Shown here in pieces: positions 62,559 through 64,000 of a stretch of DNA of 64,000 nt. The position numbers were made by a program, and so were the translations under genes. The stretch's first letter is position 1. Every line of letters starts with the position of its first letter. Under the pieces are notes generated by a model, which worked only from the letters and a program-made list of their open reading frames with translations, made no database searches and had not been told where the DNA came from. This DNA comes from Tubiluchus corallicola (lineage: Eukaryota; Animalia; Priapulida). The DNA lies in assembly GCA_030141605.1 (NCBI GenBank), contig JAQGDQ010000017.1, positions 992,001 to 1,056,000 of the forward strand, read 5' to 3'.

Positions 62559-64000
62559 ATGGCATTTAGATTTCAGCAAATCTTGACCGCCTGCAGCTGC
62601 TTTGCACCTGAATGGCAAACGAGAACAGCGAAACCTTTGGCAATAGCGCTCTTTCAAAAAAGATTGTTACACCATAATCAAACCACACACGAAAAAGACA
62701 AAAAGTACAAATGGAGAAATGGGACAATAGCAATTGGAGCTTTAGGAATAACGGCAGGCATTACAGCTTATTACTCATTTAAAAGATCTGGACAAGCTTG
62801 GGCCAATTACTGGAACAAGCAGTTAGAACTACCGACTGCTGTAGAGGCAGCGGGTGCTATTAAAATGGGGCTTCCCACTTACACCATGGCTCAAGTGCAG
62901 AAACACGACACTGTAGAAAACAGGATGTGGGTGACATACCGAAATGGCGTGTATGACGTCACGGATTTCCTGCCACTGCATCCTGGAGCAGATAAAATTA
63001 ACATGGCCGCTGGCGGCCCTATAGAACCCTTCTGGGCAGTGTATGCCATCCATGAGTGCAATGAAGACATACAAGAAATGCTAGAGAAATATCGCATTGG
63101 AAACCTAGAAGCTAAAGATGTGTTAAGTAAAAGCGATTATAACAGTAATCCATTTAACAGCGAGCCGGAACGACACAAGATGCTAATTCCGTGCAGTGTG
63201 AAACCGTATAATGCAGAGACGCCACTGCATGTACTCGGAGATAATTTTATCACTCCAAATGAATTATTTTTCATTCGCAATCACATGCCAGTGCCCGATA
63301 TTGACATCAACAACTATGAACTGGAGGTGTCTGGTTCTGGCATCAGTATAAATCACAAGACACTGACACTCGAAGACATCAAGAAATTTCCAAAACATTC
63401 AGTCATCGGAGTTCTTCAGTGCGGCGGAAACCGAATGGCGGAGATGACTGCTATGAAAGCAACAAAAAGAGTTGACTGGAGCGGTGGTGCCATTGGTAAT
63501 GCAAAGTGGAGTGGTGCACGACTCTACGATGTCCTAAAGGCAACTGGATTGGAAGACGATGATACGAATGCGGTGCACGTTCATTTTGAGGGTATGGATA
63601 TCGATCCTGGAGGTTTTCCTTATGCAGCATCAATTCCCATTGAAAAAGCTATGGATCCACGTGGAGATGTACTGCTAGCATACGAGATGAATGACAAACC
63701 ATTGTCAAGGGATAACGGATTTCCTCTGCGTGTTTACATTCCTGGTGTTGCTGGCGCTCGGAATGTAAAATGGCTGTCACGGATTGTTGTGTCTATTGAA
63801 GAGAGTGATGCACATTGGCAACAAACAGATTACAAATGTTTTAGTCCCTCAGTTGACTGGGATACGGCAGATTTCTCTAAAATGGCTCCACTGCAATCGA
63901 TGCCCGTTACATCCTTAATCTGTGAACCAACTTCCGGAGATGTTGTAAAGTTAGACAATGGAGAAATTGAACTCTCTGGTTATGCTTGGTCTGGAAATGG
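62559..64000 (+). CDS. SUOX: Sulfite oxidase family molybdoenzyme, mitochondrial type (partial; runs off the window)
   Basis: Uninterrupted frame from ATG 62559. It has a presequence plus hydrophobic segment, a cytochrome b5 domain (WVTYRNGVYDVTDFLPLHPG...PFWAVYAIH), a Moco domain (TPNELFFIRNH, LQCGGNR, LLAYEMN, GFPLRV, GARNVKWL, DYK) and the start of the dimerisation domain (GYAWSG). Acceptor AG at 62551-62552. Confidence 0.95.
   Translation, partial: MAFRFQQILTACSCFAPEWQTRTAKPLAIALFQKRLLHHNQTTHEKDKKYKWRNGTIAIGALGITAGITAYYSFKRSGQAWANYWNKQLELPTAVEAAGAIKMGLPTYTMAQVQKHDTVENRMWVTYRNGVYDVTDFLPLHPGADKINMAAGGPIEPFWAVYAIHECNEDIQEMLEKYRIGNLEAKDVLSKSDYNSNPFNSEPERHKMLIPCSVKPYNAETPLHVLGDNFITPNELFFIRNHMPVPDIDINNYELEVSGSGISINHKTLTLEDIKKFPKHSVIGVLQCGGNRMAEMTAMKATKRVDWSGGAIGNAKWSGARLYDVLKATGLEDDDTNAVHVHFEGMDIDPGGFPYAASIPIEKAMDPRGDVLLAYEMNDKPLSRDNGFPLRVYIPGVAGARNVKWLSRIVVSIEESDAHWQQTDYKCFSPSVDWDTADFSKMAPLQSMPVTSLICEPTSGDVVKLDNGEIELSGYAWSGN

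Overview
AT-rich, intron-containing animal genomic DNA, probably from a marine invertebrate; it is not prokaryotic, and no CRISPR, rRNA or intact tRNA is seen. By hand I could splice seven protein genes. Five are paralogous 'rolling stone'-like multi-pass membrane genes in two exon-structure subfamilies (7711-14575 +, 16874-19241 +, 27866-36740 -, 41555-44912 +, 48124-53723 +). The others are a Kelch-less BTB-BACK gene (20843-25531 -) and the 5' part of a sulfite-oxidase-family gene (62559 to window end, +). Introns and intergenic DNA hold truncated LINEs (RTE and CR1/L2-type), a hAT derivative with a perfect 8-bp TSD, about 8 copies of a TTAA-flanked MITE, other MITEs, SINE remnants and mini/microsatellites. 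Highlights: (1) a likely vault RNA gene in an intron (8899-9022); (2) a MITE that captured a 163-bp intron/exon piece of a neighbouring paralog (40319-40825), sitting between inverted-repeat arms; (3) a sulfite oxidase with Met in place of the anion-binding Arg190, plus other active-site changes; (4) a putative Thr/His hydrolase motif across the rolling-stone cluster, with Thr->Ser in one copy. Gene models are manual GT-AG and frame inferences; no database searches were run.
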